Source of the DNA: Eledone cirrhosa | Taxonomy: Eukaryota | Length of the DNA: 64,000 bases | Direction of reading: 5' to 3' | NCBI GenBank assembly: GCA_964016885.1 | Contig: OZ024740.1 | Location: forward strand, 263,810,001 to 263,874,000 | In this document: positions 1-14,596 of the stretch, piece by piece | Position numbering within the stretch: position 1 is the stretch's first letter | Layout of the letters: each line of letters begins with the position of its first letter | The notes under the pieces: model-generated | What the model saw: the letters and a program-made list of their open reading frames with translations, nothing else | What the model was told of the DNA's origin: nothing | Databases searched by the model: none | Program-made: the position numbers and the translations under genes

Positions 1-131
1 AGGCACTAAACTCTTTGAGATCTCCAGTAGTTAGCTGAGGAAAATGATGCGTTCGTGATTTTCTTTTGTTACGCGTATTCACATTTTGAATCATACAAGC
101 ATAAATATTAGGGTGGGTTAGAAAGTTCATT

Positions 132-206
132 CATGCACAATTTCATAGCTCTATCACTCCATTATAATGACTATAATGGAGTGATAGAGCAATGGAATTG
201 TGCATG
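132..206. repeat. 75-nt imperfect hairpin (about 35-bp arms, 5-nt loop)
   Basis: catgcacaatttcatagctctatcactccattata-atgac-tataatggagtgatagagcaatggaattgtgcatg; the arms are reverse complements with 2 mismatches. Confidence 0.85.
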
Positions 207-230
207 CATTAATTTCAATTCTTCTTATCA

Positions 231-413
231 ATAACTGTCTTTACTTTAGGCACAAGGCCAGCAATTACCCAGTGCATTACTGGTACTTTATTTTATCGAC
301 CCCGTAAGGATGAAAGGCAAATTCAACCTCGGCCGGATTTGAACTCAGATCGTAAAGGGACGTAACTATGCTGGAAAGCATGGCGTCCGACCTTCTACTG
401 ATACTGCCAATCC
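231..413 (-). mobile_element. tRNA-derived SINE, family A (Meta-domain-like core)
   Basis: Minus strand has A-box-like TGGCAGTATCAG, B-box GAGTTCAAATCC and core GCCTTTCATCCTTACGGGGTCGATAAAATAAAGTACCAG; about 9 copies in the window. Confidence 0.85.
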
Positions 414-831
414 ACATTAATAACGGCATCATTTCTGTCCAGGGACTATGCTGAAAAATAAACTTCATTTGGTCTTTCCATGAGAGTATCTTGGTCAGCC
501 TAAAGCATTTTCAGTCGACCCTGGTACATACATAACTTCATATATATACACACACACACACACACAACCACACATCCCCATACAAACATTTACACACACA
601 TGTACATACTTTCCCACTCACGGTTTTCATTCTATCAAGCCTGCTAGCCTGCTGTAATTTGTTTCTTGTTTGTCCGTTTCTTATTTTCGTTTCCTACATA
701 ACTTTACAGCCAACCGCCGACATACAGAGTTAATGCCCCCAACACACTGACACAACGATTTATATATATTAATTCTCAATAATATTTAACACAGCATATC
801 AACTACGGGCAGTTTTTTTCTAATTTATATA

Positions 832-1040
<209 letters not shown>

Positions 1041-1097
1041 GCGTATATGTGTTTGTGTATGTAGTCGTATATTCAATCACGAACATTCAGACGCCCA

Positions 1098-1134
<37 letters not shown>

Positions 1135-1240
1135 TTGAATTTTGTACATGGATACGATCAAATATTGTATATACATCGATATATAGGTGTTTACATACAC
1201 ACAAATATGCCCAAACACTCCCCCCCCCCCAAACATAATG

Positions 1241-1276
<36 letters not shown>

Positions 1277-1888
1277 TACTCACCACACACACACATATAT
1301 GTATATATATATATACTTATAAGCATACATTCATATATAGTGTATATAAGTGCAGTGACTACTATGGATTCAAATCCGCTCAGAGCTTCCAAAATTTGTT
1401 TGTTACTAAACAATACACAACATAGATGAACTACCCTACGTTACTTGTTTTTCCTCTTCTTCTCTGCACTTGTATCTCCCTATTTTTTCTTGCTTCTTAT
1501 TAACCTCCCTCCTACTGGCTTCTTTTCGTTACCATATTAGCTATTATGACCCATAGCTATGCCACTTCATTCTTTGCTCTATAGCGCAGCACTGTTTATA
1601 GGCTTGTCAGTTCCGGTTGATATACTTGTTGTTATCGTTGCTACTGTAGATATTTTAGTTGTTTTGCTGTACAAGTTTTTTTGTTTGTTATTATTATTGT
1701 TACATCTGTTTTTTTTCTGTTGTTATGGGTTTGTAATGTTATTTTGTTGCTGGTGTCCTTGTTTATATTAGTTAGTATTCCATATAAGATCACCACCATT
1801 TTCTATCTTATTCTCTTTTCCCATCCATTTCCAATCCTGCTTTCTCCACCTGTACACCTTTACCCGGGGAGTATATATATATATATTC

Positions 1889-1921
<33 letters not shown>

Positions 1922-2011
1922 CATATATATATATGTGTGTGTACATACATACATATATACATACATATATATATATATACATATATATATATGTGTGTAT
2001 ACATACATATA

Positions 2012-2121
<110 letters not shown>

Positions 2122-2228
2122 GGGAGAGTTAACAGGTAGTAACATATATACTTACACGTAATCACATCAACTCAGAATTACGCTTATACACTTATATGTG
2201 CATGTATTTAAGAGTACATAAAGACACA

Positions 2229-2326
<98 letters not shown>

Positions 2327-3276
2327 CACACACACACAACCACACATATGTATATAAATATGTACGTACACGTAGACACTTAATTGTGAATTTATATGTG
2401 CATGTATGTATATATGCTTTTGTATGTATTGTATATGTATGCGTATAAGCAATATTTTGCAATGCCTTGCTTTGGTAGAAATACGAATGCAATATGCCGT
2501 TAGGAAGATGTAGACACTAATGTTTGATTAATAATGCTCTGAGTTATGATTCTGGAAATATATGAAATAATTCAATGATATATGTTCAGGCGACAAGAAA
2601 AAATATTATTTGCCGAGACTTTCAGGGTGAAAAGTACAAAAATATAACTAAGATATTCATGTGAGTAAATGATTTGACTTCCAAAATAGCCTAAAATTCT
2701 AACTTAATAAGAGCTGTACAAAGGGGTAATATGGAAAAAATATATATAAATATACAAAATTAGTTGGGAAAAAAACTGAAATATGAGAGTGAAAAGAAAT
2801 AAAACAAAAGGAAACATGTTTTAAAGCAAGTTCATGAGTGTGTGTTGATAATATATATATACACACTAACACACTCACACACGAATGTATGACACACACA
2901 TACAAACAAACCCACACCCACACACACACACGTGTAGAGATTTATATGCAATATATTTACTATATATTTTATAATGTTGACTCGCGTCTGATGAATCATC
3001 GTGTCGCGACTCAGAGTCTCTCCTCACGTGCGACGATTTCTCATTTCTCGCCTGAAGAGTTTCAAGGAGTGAGAAACTACGAGCATGGATCGTGTGAATC
3101 ATCACCCTCACAGAACTAAATACATGCTATTACTTGAATTGTATTTACAGGAATATGTTATATATATATCCAGTTTGTATCTCCCCGTGCATTGGATACT
3201 CTCATGATTAGTTGTCTCCACAGAATCTCTCTCTCACTCTCTCTCTCTTTCTCTCTCTCTCTATATATATATATAC

Positions 3277-3518
3277 TAGTGGTTAAAGCATTAGGCTTGC
3301 AATCGAAAGGTTATGAGTTCAGTTCTCTGACCGGGTGATGTGTTGTTTCCTTGAGCAAGACACTTTATTTCACGTTGCTCCAGTTTACTCAGATGTAGAA
3401 ATGAGTGTCGGACTGCCCGCCCAGCCAGTGGGATGGCGTTATCTTATGGCTAAAACAGCATGACGTGCTGTGACCAGCGGCGCCGATTGGCGCCCGACAG
3501 ACTGGTCGGTCAAGGTGA
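3277..3518 (+). mobile_element. tRNA-derived SINE, family B (CORE/V-like core)
   Basis: tagtggtta...gagttc tRNA-like head and core ttccttgagcaagacacttt; near-identical reverse copy at 52398-52665. Confidence 0.8.
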
Positions 3519-3548
3519 TATATACATACGTGTGTGTATGTGTGTGTG

Positions 3549-3661
<113 letters not shown>

Positions 3662-4894
3662 TAGTTAGGTGTGTACCTACATTTACAGGAGGCGAGTCGT
3701 TAACGCCATTGTAAATAGTGTTTGAATCCGAGTTTCCATACTATCCGCCAATGAAGATATATTCCAACGGCGCGCACAGTACTATGACGTCGCACTCGCG
3801 AGGGCTGTTTACTCGTAGATGATACCATACGTGGCAGATACAGATCCAGCAATATGCCGAGGACACCCATCGCCTACTGGCGCACTACTATCTAACTCGA
3901 TGGGTCCCACACGAGAATGTTCACAACCGCCCACCGACTACCGACCATGTCACTGCTGGTGGTTACCACCTTAAAACGTGACCCGATTACCTGAACATAG
4001 CCATGATGTGGCGTATGGTATAAGTAGTACTAAAGTATACTCTCCGGTCAACCGCAACTCTAATACCAAACCTTAACCTGACCTGACTGACAACACACAC
4101 AGCACCACACCACCACTCTTGGGAGACAGAAGTGCTAGTAACCGCACTTGGAACCACCGTGATCGCAACACATAGAAACATGTTCAAACACGCACCAGAA
4201 TAAAGGACACCACATAGACGCCCATAACAACTTGCAGAGCGGATAAAACCACTGTATCACCCGCAGGCCTAAACAGAACACCATGAATGAGGATATCACT
4301 ACATAGACCAAACATGACACTGGAATATCGGTCATGCGGATATCGCCCTCAACAACAATATTAAGATGAACCGAAACGATGCCCCATTCACAGGGTCGGA
4401 AACTGTGATGATGTTGATGACAATAGAGGCGATAACGCCGGAAGTATTGGCAAATCCATCACGGACACTGATGACCGTAACACCCAAAACTCCCCCGACA
4501 CGCGACAACAAAGATGAAGCTGGACCAAGTCTCGTCTCATAACTTCGTTCAATGCGACCTACTCCAAATACGTGCAAATAACATGCTGGCTATCCTCTTC
4601 CTGGCCGTGGGCGAATACTGGCCCCACCGGCATAGGTATCACAGGCACTTCAACTGACACGCGATCAATGTCTCATACTCCACCACACCCAACCTAGAAT
4701 AAATGATAGCCTCCATCAATGGCAGGCAGATAACAAACATTGCCAGCCGTCAAACTCGCACACTAAAAGAGCATCTATAAATAGCAGTCCAGTCAACAAC
4801 ACAGAACTGAGAGATAAGTCTGAGAACACCCAGTACTCATCCACAGAGGCCTCTAATATCACCACCCATCAACCAAAATAAGGCTCAAAATCTT

Positions 4895-5290
4895 GATCTT
4901 GCAACTGCCGCGACAGGAATGAATGTCCCCTACAGAATAAATGCCTCGCTAAGAACATAATATATAAATATTAGGTCAATATTCATAACTCAAGGTACAT
5001 CTACGTGGGAACTATATCAACAACATACAAGTCCCAACTCTACAACCACACGAACTCATTCAACGATAACAACAAAGGTTCCTCTACCAGGCTGGCGGAT
5101 TGATCTGAAGACGCAAATACATGCAAACCGAGTTCGCTGAAGTATAAATAGACACGCGGCCTCACAGTCCCGGGCTAGGAATAGTGCCGGTTCTGTTTAG
5201 CGGAAGCCATGGAAAATAACAAATTTAAAAAAAGCATCCAATAAACCACGCATCCGAAATAATACTCAGAAGCAGACACTCTTGACAGTC
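4895..5290 (+). pseudogene. Penelope-like element GIY-YIG endonuclease remnant
   Basis: Translates as CNCRDRNECPLQNKCLAKNIIYKY*VNIHNSRYIYVGTISTTYKSQLYNHTNSFN, with the same motif order as 24320-24480. Confidence 0.7.
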
Positions 5291-5702
5291 AATATTCTCT
5301 GTTCCATGGTTCACACACAAGAACCCAACAACGGAATAACCAGTAGTACACTAATCATACCCCTATTGGACAACAGTATCCACTAAGCAACCTCTACGGA
5401 CAAACCTTCTAGAGTAGTGTTCAGTGAATCTATTTTCCTAATCAATTTATCGTATTTTATCTCATTTTATTTCTTTTCATGTCACCTTATTTGATATCAT
5501 TTCATTTTGTCTATTTCATTTAGTTTTATATTATTCTACTTCACTTATTCACGAACTACTAATATTAATGGTTCAATGCTACCGTTACAGCTTCGTCGCC
5601 ATCATCACTATTGATTTTGTTGTCGTTTTCGTTATTGAGGTTATTGCCGTTGTTCTTGTGGCTGTCGTTGCTGCTTGTTATTGATACTACTACTACTACT
5701 AT

Positions 5703-5734
<32 letters not shown>

Positions 5735-5735
5735 T

Positions 5736-5814
<79 letters not shown>

Positions 5815-6058
5815 TAAACATGAAGTCAAAGTGATCCCGATTGTCATAGGCGCACTGGGGACTATCTCCAAAGGTTTCCAGGGATGGTTAAAGAAAATCG
5901 GCCCCTTCACGCTTTTTGGAACGCTTCAAAAGGCATGCTTGCTTGGAACGGCAAGAACCCTCCGATACGTCCTGAATATCTGAGGCTGCAGGTAGTGGCT
6001 TGATATTCAATCCAACGGACTTTCCAGTTAACCAACATCAATGACTGAGATTCAAGGA
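5815..6058 (+). mobile_element. 3' fragment of R4/Dong-like (RLE endonuclease) non-LTR retrotransposon in (TAA)n
   Basis: KVIPIVIGALGTIS...LQKACLLGTARTLRYVL C-terminal motif; (TAA)n on both sides. Confidence 0.75.
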
Positions 6059-6340
6059 ATAACAATAACAATAAAAATAATAATAATAATAATAATGTTT
6101 TCTTTATTAACCACAAGGGATTACATAAAGTAGACATTAAGGACAGTACAGGACAATACAGGACGGTACAAATGGGCATTTCTGCGTGTAAAAAGAACAG
6201 AGGATGTAATAAAATAACAAAGAAAAATTCCCCAATAAGCGGGAGACTTCCGAGGGACATTTGTGGAGAAAGCTCATTAAAAGACCACAGTGACCCTGAC
6301 CACCAGGGCAAGTACCCTCTCCCAGTTTTCCACCTTTAAT

Positions 6341-9300
6341 TTACAGACACATACTCAGAGAAGGCCCATTCATTCGGGCCATACTTGCTTCTCTCACCCA
6401 TCTTTCAACAAAATGCTGGGAAGAGAGCACTTCCCTCTCTACCCTGATTTTCCTTTTCAAATGAAATTTGAAAAAGTTAATCAGGGCATCACCGAAGAGG
6501 TAAGTGCTCGTCTTCAGCCCTTTCAAACGTGTCCACCATACTATCTCTTTCGCCATGGCCACCAGACAGATAAAAACTGCCTGCCCTTCCCGGCTAAAGG
6601 AAGAGGGCGGGGCAATCCTCACGATGGACTCAGCTGATAGCTGGATCCGTCCTACACGTGACAGCAGGTGTTCGACATAAACACACAAGTCAGCAATGCT
6701 CGGACACTGGACGAGTGCGTGCAGTACGTTTCCGTCGCCCTGTGCGCATCTCGGACATGCCCGGCTGACGGCACCTCCATACCTGTAGAGTTTATCCCGA
6801 ACTGGCAAAGCTCCCCGGTAGCACTGCCAGGCCAGGGATTTCTGGAAGTTGTCCATAGGCTCCGGCCCGAAAGTCCTTCCGAAGAGATTGGCTAGTTGAT
6901 TTTCGTCGACGCCTAGAGTTTCTCCAAGTACGTCGTCGCTCTTCCCCACCACTAATCCCCTATAGAACGCCAAGGTGGAGTTTCCACCGATCACATTGTG
7001 TCCGATTGGTCGAGGGCTGTGAGCGCCTGAAGACATTCCAGTCTCCAAGCGCTCCCTCTCGGTCTTCGCTTGACCCAGGACTGCAGCTACGTCAAGGAGA
7101 AGAGCTGGGGAAAAACCTGTCTAGGATACGGCGACCACACCTGATCACCTTCGAGGAAGAGGTGGAGATGTCGTAGCCTGAGCGCGTGTCTGCGCATCAT
7201 CAGCCACGGAATGCCCAGCCCTCCACGTTGCGGGTGTTGACAGCAGATGGACCGCCTGACCATCGGAGCGCGTCCCTTCCACAAGTAGCGAAAGAGCAAA
7301 CGCTCCAGCGCTGTTAGGCGGGGCTTAGGACAAGGTACGACGGTCAGGCGGTAGTAGATGACGGACGCGATGTACGCGTTAGCCACCTCCGCTCGACCTT
7401 TCAGGGATAGCTTCCTCTCCGCCCATTTCTGCTCGTCACCTCGTCCCAGTTTTTGTCCGTCTGGAGGTCTGGACCGAACCAGACCCCTAGAAATTTAACC
7501 GGTCCGTCCGACCAGCGCCCGACGACGATGTTGGGCGGCATGGACCTGCCTTTCCAGGTGCCGAGCTGCAGGCCCACTTACTTTTCCTGGTTGATCATTG
7601 CTCCTGTCACCGCTTCGTATTCTCTTAGTGTAGTGCCGATCGCCTCGATGTGTTTGGCGTTCGACACCACTACGGTGACATCGTCCGCATATGCTGACAC
7701 GGATCTTCCGCATCCTAGTTCGCGCGGGAGCCCCCTCAACGTCTCCAGTTTGTGCAGTAATGGCACGAGAGTCAATATGTACAATAGGGACGAGAGGGGA
7801 CATCCTTGGCGGACCGAGCGCATGATGTTGAACGGTTCCGAAAGGTGACCGTTCACTCTCACTAGAGAGCAGATGTCGCTGTGCATGGCAGCGATCCAGC
7901 CTCTGAAGACGGGCCCAAAGCCAGCCGCCCTCAGGACTGCCGCTAAGTAACGATGGTCGACCCTATCGAAGGCTTTCGGCTGATCTAATTTGAGCAAAGA
8001 CCCACCCGTGCCAGATTCCCTAGCTACCCTCTCTACGATGTATCGCATGAGGTGGAGGTTGTCGTGGATGGATCTGTCGGGAATGGCGCATGTCTGTGCC
8101 TCTCCCACCAGACCACCAACGACAAGCGCCAACCTCTTTGCTAGCACCTTGGCCAAAATCTTGAACTCTGTGTTCAGCAGAGTTATGGGCCTAAAATTAT
8201 CTGTTATCCCCCTTGTTCGGATCCTTTTTCAGCAGCGCCACCGCTCCTCGGCTCACAGAACTGGGAATTCTCCCGTTCTGTTGCCAGTTGCAGTAGACGT
8301 CCGCCAAGAGGCCTCCGAACAAGTCTGGCATTTGTACGTAAAGTTCATAGGGCAGACCATGCCTCCCGTACTTCAGCGGTTGTTATCGGCTTTTCGCAAC
8401 ACTCCGCCTCAGTGGCCGAGAGCCGCGGCAGTCCGTCGAGGTAGACACTAAAGTCCATCCCTCGATCCGGCCCGCCACTGCCTCCGAACAGTTGAGCGAA
8501 GTGTCGCTGAAAAGCTTCACACATTTTCCCGGGATCGAGTAGCATGCGCCCGTCGTGGTCCACCAAAGACCGGATCGTGGCTTTGTTGCCACGACGCGCC
8601 TCTGACACTCGGGCCCATTGAACGGCTTTCGTCCCCTCGTGTCTGGGAGCACGCACCCTAGCTCTTACAACGCAGCCTTCGTGCTTTGCATTGAAGAATT
8701 GGTCAAGGGCCAATTTCGCCGCAAGTACGTCGGTCGCGATGCCTTTGCTAAGCGCCTCGTCTAATTTTCTAACTAATTCTCCCTCTGCTCTATTTTTCTC
8801 TCTTGCTAAAGCCTTACTAAACCCAATGGACTCTATTCTAATTGCTCTTTTCAGAGCAAACCACCACTTTTTGTTGACGATGGCCCCCGTCAACGCCCGA
8901 TTAATTAGTTCGCTAATCTGGTCTCTGTAGGGCTTGCGCGCTGGTAAGGAGGCGTTTAGCTTCCAGTAGCCGGGTCCTCGTCTATGAACCCTATCTAAGT
9001 CAAGCACATAGATCACGAATTTGTGGTCCGTGCAGCTGACTATCTTGAATTGTGGACAGCCTATGCAAGACCTATCTATTTCACTACAAAATACTATCTA
9101 GATATGATCTGGATGACCCTATGCGATTTGTCCAAGTCCACATTGGCACATTCGAGAAATCCAATCGTCATACAGTACAAAACGCCTGAGCAGGTTGGTG
9201 AGGCTCTTGCGCCCCTCCTCCCCTATCCGCTAATCCCACACAGTCCCAGCGTGCATCAAAGATCCCGTTCCAGTCGCCCACTAACACTAAAGAGCGGGAC

Positions 9301-9682
9301 GTTCCAAGAAAGGTCTCCAGACGCCGGAAGAAATCAGGCCGCCCTGCTCCTGTCGGAGCATAGACGGCCACTAGACTGAAAGCTTGCCCGTCTCCGCTGG
9401 TCACGTCTAGCACCACCAACTTACCTTCTGGGTCCAGAAGATCACCCGTATGGCGAGATCCAAAAAGCACAGCAACTCCTCCCCCGATCCCGGACGGCTG
9501 GGAGATGCGTACACATCGTAGCCGCCGATGATCGGTGTGAAGGCCCGTGCTTCGGAGATTCTGGTCTCGCTGATGGCCACTACATCTATGTTTAGTGACC
9601 TGAGGTCGTTGAGCAGCTGGCCCTGCTTCCATGACGACCCCAAGCCACGCGCATTTATGCTGCCTAATCTGAATGAAGTCAT
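6341..9682 (-). pseudogene. Tx1-like ORF2 (APE endonuclease + reverse transcriptase), frameshifted
   Basis: GSINARGL/AISET, VAVYAP, LVGDWN (APE); GPGYWKLN; LDQPKAFDRVDH, VRQGCPLS, AYADDV (RT); CPRC..HALVQC (C-terminal). Confidence 0.92.
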
Positions 9683-9729
9683 ATTGAAACGGAGTGGAAA
9701 AGATGAGAAAGACCATTTACCTTACTTCT

Positions 9730-11670
9730 CGTAGAGGAAGGATGGTTTGTCCATCCTTTTCACTGCTTGTGGCCTCCTCTGGAAGGATGTCCTTATAAAT
9801 CCTCCTGGAGAGTGTTTGTCAGAAGACCCCGATGTCTTTGGGGAATTTTTGTTTTAGTCTCGTTATCGTTTTCTGTGTGATGCGAGATGTATGTGTGGAG
9901 GTGGTGTGAACATTTGGGTTGTTGTGTAGTCTTTTTCTATGATGCTGGTGTTGTTTTGGATGTAGTGTAATAATTGGTTGTTGTTCAAATTTAATGCTGT
10001 GTAGTGTGTATCGTTTTGGTTGTTTTGTTTTGTTTGCGTTTGTTGTGGGTTTGTTTCTGTTACGCTTTTGGGTGACTTTTGTGGTGTTGGTGATGGTGGT
10101 GTTGGGGTTAATGATGGTGATGGTGTTGGTGTTTGTGGTGATGGGGTTGGTGATGCTGGTGTGGATGGTGGCATATATGTCCTAACTTTTTTGTTTGACA
10201 GTTTATTTGTTTCCCTCTGTATTTTGTTTTTGGAGGGGGAAGGAAGAGATTTTTTTCTTTTTTGGTTTCTTTTTTTCATTTTCCCTGATACCGTTTCCCA
10301 CTCCTCGTCGTCACAATCTGTCTCCAGTTGTGATAGGCCGGGGAGTGGAAAATCCTCCACAGGCGTTGGTTTTGGTTGTGGCGTGGTGGATGGTGTAGGC
10401 GCTGGTGCTAGTTTTGGGACGGTGGGTGGTTGTGGTGTTGGTTTTGCTACTGTTGCTGCGGTTGTTGCTGTTACAGTTGTTTCTGTTGTTGCTGCCATCT
10501 CTGCTGCTGGTAGTGTTGATGGCTGAGTCACTGGGGTGGGTAAGATAGGTGGCCTCAACCTTTTAGCCTGAGGCAGAAAGCCCTTAGGTGGGTTCCTTCG
10601 CCACAAACGACACATCTAGGCCTTCTGCCCTCGACGATTACGGTGAGGTGGCTGCCGTCAGTGAGGTCTATTACCTCTGGGATCTCCTCAATTCATTTTT
10701 GTCCGCTTGGATCAGGCGCTCCATCCCACATCCGGACCAGTTCTCCTGCTTTTCTTTCGCTATTTCAATTATCTTGGTGTTGGCCACGATGCCGCCGAGG
10801 ACGGCAGCTATTAGCCAGGGAATTTCGATGGCCGGTGGAACGTGGGTCACCCTGATCTTTACGAGTCTCTGGCCACAATAGCTTGGGACGCGTGTGTAGT
10901 CGTCACTTCTTAATGGGGCCATGGAGTGTTCTCTAGCCTTCTCTAGTGTTTCACAGAACACGTCCAAGGTTCCATATTTCTGCCCACGTCTGATGTGGGG
11001 TTTTTTTTTGCCCACACATGTCCAAAAGCTTTTTGGATTTGGGACTCGGATGCCCGTTCCACTCGGCGCGATTTTATGTTAATTGTTCGATAAGACACTG
11101 TGCATAGGCGCCGATGCTCCATTTTATTAGGTGTGTGTGTGGGGGGTGGGGGGTGGGGGTGGGGGGGCTGACCCTGTACCCATCTTTCTTTACCATTCTT
11201 TTGGCTTCTTATAATTCCTCCTGAGTTACCTGAAATGCTTCGCACTGTTTTGCTACTCTGGCAAAACTCAGGGTGGTTTTCTTAATGTCATTGTTGCTGT
11301 TGTTGTTATCGTTATTTTTGTTATTGTTAATTTTAGTTTCAGTTGTGGTGGTGGTGGCGTCAGTGGTGTTCGGTGTGGAAGAGTTCATTTTGGTTGAATT
11401 CATTTCGATATCACGAGTTAATTTATTTTTTTCTTTTGTTTCTGTTGTCGCTGTGGTGGTGGGGGTGGTGGTTGTCGCGGTGGTGGTGGTGGCGGCGGCT
11501 TTAACACCTGCAGTCATTGGTAATGGCGGGAAATGAATGCCTGCCTGAGACAAATTTAAAATATTGCTACTGCTTATATTTTTAGTGTTGGCAAACGTAG
11601 TAATATTTACAATGGTGGTGTCGGTGTGAGGTGTTAGTTTGTGAGGAATGTGAGACTCGGAGTCGTCCAT
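9730..11670 (-). pseudogene. Tx1-like ORF1 with CCHC zinc knuckle, frameshifted
   Basis: VIVEGRRPR-CVVCGEGTHLRAFC (CX2CX4HX4C) at about 10575-10640 minus, followed by a Pro/Thr-rich tail; lies directly upstream of ORF2. Confidence 0.75.
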
Positions 11671-11819
11671 GATTTTTCAAAGAAAAATCTTTGTTTGATA
11701 ATTATAAATGTTTAAATTTTGGTCTCAAGGCCCTAAAAATTTTGAGTTTCCTTTTCAGAAATCAATGTATGTGCACTTATATACAGTTAACAATAGACAT
11801 TTTGGAAATTTTGTAGATA

Positions 11820-12490
11820 TTGGAAAGCTCTATGTGTGACAGTATAGAAGCTCTTGTGCTTAAGCAACGACACCGTTGGAGTGGTCACCTTGCCAGGATG
11901 AAGGATTCTAGAATACCAAAACAACTCTTTTATGGAGAGTTAGTTAAAGGAAAACGACCGCCACGTAAACCAAAAAAGAGGTATAATGATTCCTTGAAAG
12001 CCTCTTTGAAAGACGCTAACATCTCTGCTGATACATGGGAAAATATTGCTGCTGATCGTAATAAATGGAGAAAGACTGTATATGAGGGAAAAGTGGCCTT
12101 TGAGGCATCTCGAATCGCATACGAGAAAGTAAAGCGGGATGTGAGGAAGGGCATTGCTGTTGCACTTCCAGACGGCGAAGGTCCTCGTATGGTGCTGACA
12201 TGCAGCGTCTGTGCGAGACTCTGCCTAAGCAAAGCTAGACTCGAAAGTCATCTTCGCAGTCATAAAGTAAGACCAGTGGTTGACTACCAGGCTGCTGTTG
12301 GAGATGCTACTCATCATGCTTGCCAAGCAAGTGGTAGAGAATGTAAATCAGCAGGAGGGCTCAAACGACATGCAAAGTACACGAACTCCAACCACAGCCG
12401 ACTATTCCCAGTGAATCTTTTGGTTGCCGACTGTGTGCAAGACATTTTAGATCATGGCTGGGCTAAACAACAACATTCGAACGCAGCGCT
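11820..12490 (+). mobile_element. RTE-clade LINE 3' fragment with C2H2 zinc fingers
   Basis: RWSGHLARMKDSRIPKQLFYGEL..GKRP...PKKRY..LK; CSVCARLCLSKARLESHLRSH and a second degenerate finger. Confidence 0.85.
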
Positions 12491-12667
12491 GTTAATTGCT
12501 ATCGTGTGTGTGTGTATAGATTTGTTTATGTGTATATATATATATGTATATTATTATTGTTGTTGTTGTTGTCGTTATTATTATTGTAGTTATTATTATT
12601 ATTATTGTTATTAATATATATATTTTTATCGTGCAGTGGCCATACTCGATAACGAGGGGACAGCCAT

Positions 12668-12785
<118 letters not shown>

Positions 12786-12828
12786 TACATACATATATAT
12801 ATGTATATATACATAAATATATATATAT

Positions 12829-13135
12829 ATGAATGTATATATAGTGCATTTTGCAATACACTGTATGCTTACTTAAAGTCATTTCGAAGACCTTATGCTA
12901 TTGTTTTAGAGTAGTGACAGACACACTTTAATTTTCAGCAAACAGAGGAGATAAAGCTGACAAGCCTTTTTTCGCATTTATTGATGCTTATCAAAGCCAA
13001 TCACTTCTCCTGTTTTCTGAAATCATGGATGTTTGGTTCTTATAGAATTCTAGTAAATAATCAGGAACTGATTATACAGACCGGTTGCCGGTGAAGCATA
13101 CAGTTTATTGCAAAATGCACTATATATACATTCAT
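12829..13135. mobile_element. Fold-back element with 42-bp inverted arms in (TA)n
   Basis: 12829-12870 is the reverse complement of 13094-13135 (1 mismatch); (TA)n on both sides. Confidence 0.8.
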
Positions 13136-13207
13136 ATATATATATAGCTATTTCAGAGCACCAATTCTAATTTTTATATATATATATATATACATAAATA
13201 TAGATAA

Positions 13208-13268
<61 letters not shown>

Positions 13269-14429
13269 TAATTTTGAGAGAATCGTATTTCGGCTATTGG
13301 AAATTAGCGAAAAACAACTTCCGAGATGTGTGGCAAGCACTCCATAGAAGCTAGTGAACTAGAGCAACAACATAAGTTAAAAGGCCAAACACATGAGACG
13401 ATGGTTAAACCATTATCCGCACAGCCATAGAGACGACCAAGTAATTCGGGTCAATTAAATAAAAATATATATATATATATATGAATATAAAGAATTAGAA
13501 ACACCAAAGAATCAATATATAAATATTGACATTTGGTGCTGCCTATTCTTTGTATATCATTGCATCGTGCGTTAAGCGCTTTAAATCTATACCCAATAAT
13601 AGCAACACTGTTTTAATTATTAATGTTATCTATAAATATACATATATATATGAATATATATTTGCAAAATTATTATTTAAAACATCACGAACCAGAATGA
13701 GTGAGAATACCATTTATTGCATAACATTGGCACGTGTTTGATTGATGTATAACATATCATTCGAGGGTATCTAATATTTGACTATTTCAATCAAATCAAA
13801 TCGAAACCAACACATTTTTAAAGTGGAATAAGAACCTTTTCCCATGTAGGGACTTATAAAATGCAATCAAAAATTAAAGGGAAAAATTGAAAGTAAAAAG
13901 TTAAAAAGAAAATAAGAATATGAAGAAAAAAAAGAGAAAGAGTGGAAGATACACATGAAAGAATAGATAGGAGTAGATATATGGAGGATAGTATTTTAGC
14001 AGAAAGACATAAGTATAGGAAGGAATAAATAGGAAGTACAGTGAAGAATTTAAGGTGAAGATTAGGGGATATATGTAGTAGAAGAAGCAAGGGTAAGATA
14101 GGTGTAGATAAATTACTATAGATACAAGTAGGGAGGTAGGAGCTTTATGGTAATATCACTGGGAGCGATGACAAGTGGATTCAATCCTACAAAATAACCG
14201 AACAATTATTGGTTCAACATTACGGGGTCGATAAAATAAAGTACCAGTAATGTACTGGATAATTATTGGCATTGTGCCAAAAGTAGAAACACTTATTTGT
14301 CAACAAGGACAACGTCTACAACAACAAGAATATTGTACGATGTATATCCATCAATTTGACAGCTGTGTGGTCTTTTAAAGCTAGCATTACTTCAAAGATG
14401 CCGAGTATCGGCCGGCAAGGATATGACCA

Positions 14430-14596
14430 TAATTGTTTCTATTTTTGGCACAAGGCCAGCAATTATTCCAGTGCATTATTTGTACTTTATTTTATCGACC
14501 CCATAAGGATGAAATGAAAGTTAACCTTGGCAGGATTTGAAATCAAAGCATAAAGGGGCGTAACTCTATGCTGAAAAGCATACCGATACTGCCAAA
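14430..14596 (-). mobile_element. SINE family A copy (partial + strand copy also at about 14220-14292)
   Basis: tttatcgaccccataaggatgaaa...ggatttgaa matches 231-413. Confidence 0.8.

Larger units (their letters stand above)
6097..11760 (-). mobile_element. Near-full-length decayed Tx1/L1-clade LINE
   Basis: ORF1 plus ORF2 (APE-RT-C-terminal Cys motif) on the minus strand; AATAAA and A-rich 3' end near 6097-6108; 5' boundary approximate. Confidence 0.9.

Noticed and set aside
231-413. tRNA gene
   Set aside because: The A/B boxes belong to a multi-copy SINE head; no complete cloverleaf.
2980-3090. CTGATGA and CTGAAGA with a downstream GAAAC as a hammerhead
   Set aside because: Stems I and III could not be closed consistently with an NUH site.
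13065-13106. Hammerhead in the 12.8-13.1 kb fold-back
   Set aside because: A stem II-like accgg/ccggt and a possible stem I are present, but both core motifs are too degenerate to call.
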